36,231 nt of DNA. Source: Chthoniobacterales bacterium. GTDB taxonomy: Bacteria > Verrucomicrobiota > Verrucomicrobiia > Chthoniobacterales > JAFAMB01. The translations under genes and the position numbers were made by a program. The stretch spans positions 1 to 36,231 of the forward strand of contig DASXBV010000064.1 in the NCBI GenBank assembly GCA_036491515.1. The letters are read 5' to 3'. Below the pieces are notes generated by a model. The model saw only the letters and a program-made list of their open reading frames with translations, did not search any database and had not been told where the DNA came from. Below, in pieces: positions 33,750 to 36,231 of the stretch; the stretch's first letter is position 1; every line of letters begins with the position of its first letter.

Positions 33750-34229
33750 ATGGACGATTTGCTGGATTTTTCGAGCGATACCTACTTCATGGGTGAAGCT
33801 TTGCGGCAAGCGCGCAGAGCCGAATCGCAGAATGAGGTGCCGATCGGTGCGGTAATCGTTCGGAACGCAGATGTGATCGCGCGCGCCTGGAACCAGGTTG
33901 AGACGTTAAAAGACGCCACAGCGCACGCCGAGATGCTGGCGATTACTCAAGCCGAAAGCGCGGTTGGCGATTGGCGATTGTTCGATTGCGATCTTTACGT
34001 GACCAAAGAACCCTGCCCGATGTGCGCCGGAGCGATCGTCCACGCCAGACTCAGGCGAGTCATTTATGGATGCCCTGATCCGAAGACCGGCGGTGCCGGC
34101 GGCTTGGTCAATCTCCTCCAAATGCCCCCATTGAATCACCAGTGTGAAATTACACGCGGCGTTAGAGAAATTGAGTGTCGCGGAATTTTGCAGCGGTTCT
34201 TCCGCGCAAAGCGAGCAGAACAGTTTTGA
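33750..34229 (+). CDS. tadA: tRNA adenosine(34) deaminase
   Basis: 159 aa counted from the ATG at 33750. CDA zinc motifs HAEMLAI and PCPMCAGA. The track ORF start (33510) runs antisense through rpe. Confidence 0.92.
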   Translation: MDDLLDFSSDTYFMGEALRQARRAESQNEVPIGAVIVRNADVIARAWNQVETLKDATAHAEMLAITQAESAVGDWRLFDCDLYVTKEPCPMCAGAIVHARLRRVIYGCPDPKTGGAGGLVNLLQMPPLNHQCEITRGVREIECRGILQRFFRAKRAEQF

Positions 34230-34313
34230 GTCCCGGTAGGGCGAGGCTCCGTCCGAGTCGGGGTCGGCGCATCGTCCTCGGCTCGGACCGAGCCTCGCCC
34301 TACCAAGACTCAA
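34226..34313. terminator. REP-like long hairpin (ggtagggcgaggctccgtccgag family) in the convergent tadA/queA spacer
   Basis: ggtagggcgaggctc (34235-34249) pairs with gagcctcgccctacc (34290-34304). The inner pairing cgtccgagtcg/cggctcggacc is imperfect. An outer pair joins ttgagtc (34226-34232) to gactcaa (34307-34313). The tadA stop TGA (34227-34229) sits in the stem base. Confidence 0.75.
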
Positions 34314-34319
34314 GACCGT

Positions 34320-35300
34320 TCAGCGTATCATCATGCAATCTCCGTAGCTAAAGAACCTGTACCGCTCTCTTACCGCTTCCCGGTACGCTTCCAGGATAAA
34401 CTCGCGACCGGCAAAGGCTGCCACCAACATCAAGAGCGTCGATTTTGGAAGATGGAAGTTGGTCAACAATGAATTCACCCGTCGAAAATCGAACGGCGGA
34501 TAAATAAAGATATCGGTTACGCCCTTGCCTGGCCGTATCTCGTCAAATCGCTGCATCAGGGTTTCCAAGGTTCTTACTGTTGTCGTGCCCACTGCTAGAA
34601 CCTGCTCGGCTGATTGGATGTTGCCGGCAACGGCTTCTGTCAGTTGGAATTCTTCGCGATGCAGTCGGTGTTCGGTTACAACCGCGGCCTTTACCGGTTT
34701 GAAAGTACCGACACCCACGTGCAGAGTGAGAAATTCATGGGGCAACCTTGCCAGAATATCGGGCGTGAAATGCAATCCGGCGGTCGGCGCAGCGATTGCC
34801 CCCGGTCGCATGGCGTAAACGGTTTGGTAGCGCTCACGGTCGATGGCCTCCGGCGCCCGCTTGATATAGGGCGGTAGCGGCATTTCACCGATTTTGTCGA
34901 AATCGATTGGGCGATCGAACCTGATCAGGCGATCGCCTTCATCGAGGATCTGAATGACCGCCCCCACCCGGCCTTCAATCGAAAACATCCGTCCCAGGGG
35001 AAATGATTTACCCGGCCGGACCAGACATCGCCAAGTGAACGTATCGACCTCGTCCAACAACAGTATCTCCGCGTTACGATCAGGCAATCGTATCCGAGCC
35101 GGGATGACTTTCGTGTCGTTGAGAACGACCAACTCTCTTGGTTGGACTAAGTCGACAATGTCACCAAAACGAAGATGCGTTATCTGCTGCGTCTGTCGAT
35201 CCAGAAGCATCATTCTCGATTGATCCCGCCGAAACGCCGGGTAGCGAGCGATCAGCTCATCCGGAAGCGGATAATCGTAATCAGCGGTCTGCAGACTCAT
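34320..35300 (-). CDS. queA: S-adenosylmethionine:tRNA ribosyltransferase-isomerase
   Basis: 326 aa with N-terminal DYDYPLPDELIARYP and AAPTAGLHFT motifs typical of QueA. Confidence 0.93.
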   Translation of the reverse strand: MSLQTADYDYPLPDELIARYPAFRRDQSRMMLLDRQTQQITHLRFGDIVDLVQPRELVVLNDTKVIPARIRLPDRNAEILLLDEVDTFTWRCLVRPGKSFPLGRMFSIEGRVGAVIQILDEGDRLIRFDRPIDFDKIGEMPLPPYIKRAPEAIDRERYQTVYAMRPGAIAAPTAGLHFTPDILARLPHEFLTLHVGVGTFKPVKAAVVTEHRLHREEFQLTEAVAGNIQSAEQVLAVGTTTVRTLETLMQRFDEIRPGKGVTDIFIYPPFDFRRVNSLLTNFHLPKSTLLMLVAAFAGREFILEAYREAVRERYRFFSYGDCMMIR

Positions 35301-35304
35301 TTTT

Positions 35305-35442
35305 TGAAGTCAGAAGTCAGAAGTCAGAAGTCGAGGAGCTCAGGAGACAACGACGCATGGTCGACGCTGCCGAACTAATTACCGCCTGATCCGAGTACCT
35401 TCTTGACCTTCTGCCTTCTCACTTCTGCCTTCTGACTTCTCA
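35305..35442. repeat. Long imperfect hairpin whose arms are heptamer tandem repeats, between ppiB and queA
   Basis: Left arm: gaagtca x3 plus gaagtcg at 35306-35333. Right arm: five complementary units (tgaccttc, tgccttc, tcacttc, tgccttc, tgacttc) at 35404-35439. The outermost 11 bp pair perfectly (35306-35316 with 35430-35440), and the inner part has roughly one mismatch per unit. Confidence 0.75.
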
Positions 35443-35451
35443 TGCCTCGCC

Positions 35452-36006
35452 CTACCGGGCGGGCGGTGATATGAGCCGGTTCCCAAATTTTTTGTCCAGA
35501 GTTTTATTCCACTCCTTGAGCCGTGCTGCTTGTGCCGCGAATAATGCCTCGGTCGAATCGACAACGTCGATTGATTGAATCTGATCCCCTTGTGCGATCT
35601 TTTTGGTAACGTCGAGTCCGCTGGTCACGAGCCCGAAGATCGAGTAATTGCCATCGAGCATTTTTACGTGCTCAGGACCAAGCGAATCGATGGTGATGTA
35701 GAATTGGCTTCCGTTCGTGTGTGGACCGGCGTTTGCCATCGCCAGCACACCAACGTTTTCGTGGGATAACGAGGCATTAATCTCATTTTCAAATCGATAA
35801 CCTGGTCCGCCGGCCCCGGTCCCTAGTGGATCTCCGCCCTGGATCACGAAACGCGGCACAACCCGGTGAAATGTAAGTCCATCATAGAATTTACGAGATG
35901 CCAGGTTCAGGAAATTCGCAGCCGTCACGGGAGCCTTGGACGAGAACAGCGTTGCGTGGATGTCCCCTTTCGCTGTGTGAATAACAATTCGAATATCGGT
36001 CAGCAT
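35452..36006 (-). CDS. ppiB: Cyclophilin-type peptidyl-prolyl cis-trans isomerase
   Basis: 184 aa with FHRVVPRFVIQGGDP and GSQFYIT cyclophilin motifs. Confidence 0.92.
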   Translation of the reverse strand: MLTDIRIVIHTAKGDIHATLFSSKAPVTAANFLNLASRKFYDGLTFHRVVPRFVIQGGDPLGTGAGGPGYRFENEINASLSHENVGVLAMANAGPHTNGSQFYITIDSLGPEHVKMLDGNYSIFGLVTSGLDVTKKIAQGDQIQSIDVVDSTEALFAAQAARLKEWNKTLDKKFGNRLISPPAR

Positions 36007-36049
36007 ATGCTTTGACCGTCGGTCGCAACCGCGGCGAATCCAAGGGAAA

Positions 36050-36097
36050 AGCCTGCATCGCGTACAAATCTCTTGGGATTTGTACGCGAAGCAGGCT
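36050..36097. repeat. REP-like hairpin, family 2 (copy 2)
   Basis: agcctgcatcgcgtacaaatc (36050-36070), loop tcttgg, then gatttgtacgcgaagcaggct (36077-36097). The geometry matches copy 1, with two compensatory base-pair changes and one mismatch. Confidence 0.8.
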
Positions 36098-36107
36098 AGT
36101 AAGTTCC

Positions 36108-36231
36108 ATGCTTAAACTCGGCTTAGTCCAGATGCGCTGTTCGATGAATCCCGCAGAAAATGTGGACAAGGCGGAAGCGATGATCCGCAAGGCGGCTGCG
36201 GAAGGAGCCCAGATCGTTTGCCTCCAGGAGA
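36108..36231 (+). CDS. Carbon-nitrogen hydrolase family protein (N-carbamoylputrescine amidase/nitrilase-like), 5' part only
   Basis: Not in the ORF track because it runs off the window. The ATG at 36108 gives MLKLGLVQMRCSMNPAENVDKAEAMIRKAAAEGAQIVCLQE, a typical C-N hydrolase N-terminus ending at the catalytic Glu context. Confidence 0.7.
   Translation, partial: MLKLGLVQMRCSMNPAENVDKAEAMIRKAAAEGAQIVCLQE

Noticed and set aside
35306-35439. CRISPR-like appearance of the short tandem repeats (also at 39-70 and 3451-3478)
   Set aside because: The units are 7-14 nt and directly abutting, with no spacers. They occur as complementary arms of hairpins, and no cas genes are present.

Overview
Gene-dense bacterial chromosomal window with about 40 CDS, mostly housekeeping. 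In order: two sugar ABC permeases and a GH4 glycosidase (+); argC-argJ-argB (-); thrS-infC-rplI-dnaB-nrdR-orf186-HIT (+); rpmI-rplT-pheS-pheT, a wHTH regulator and htrA (-); a KamA-like radical SAM enzyme, an RlmI-like methyltransferase, two tail-anchored coiled-coil proteins and gatC-gatA (+). An accessory islet follows at about 25.1-33.1 kb, then rpe, tadA, queA, ppiB and a partial C-N hydrolase. I saw no rRNA, tRNA, CRISPR array, integrase or transposase. The taxon cannot be established from the sequence alone. The stand-out is a three-gene, translationally coupled cassette at 26772-31293 (+). It encodes a small multi-wHTH-like protein, a 677-aa P-loop ATPase with widely separated Walker A and B motifs, and a 611-aa fusion of a RecB/Cas4-like PD-(D/E)xK nuclease to a soluble FtsK/SpoIIIE-type motor. 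I do not recognise it as any named defence system and propose it as a candidate undescribed DNA-targeting conflict system. It lies beside a decay scar (a frameshifted, truncated methyltransferase fused to the last 54 codons of an ABC permease), a toxin/immunity-like pair and a nested inverted-repeat element. Intergenic spacers throughout carry long hairpins. These fall into two REP-like families (one showing compensatory stem changes) and a class whose arms are built from short tandem repeats. Several six-frame ORF starts were corrected from recognisable N-termini: infC uses ATT, and rplI, nrdR, rpmI, htrA, kamA, rlmI, gatC, rpe, tadA, the oxidoreductase and the FtsK-fusion gene were also adjusted.
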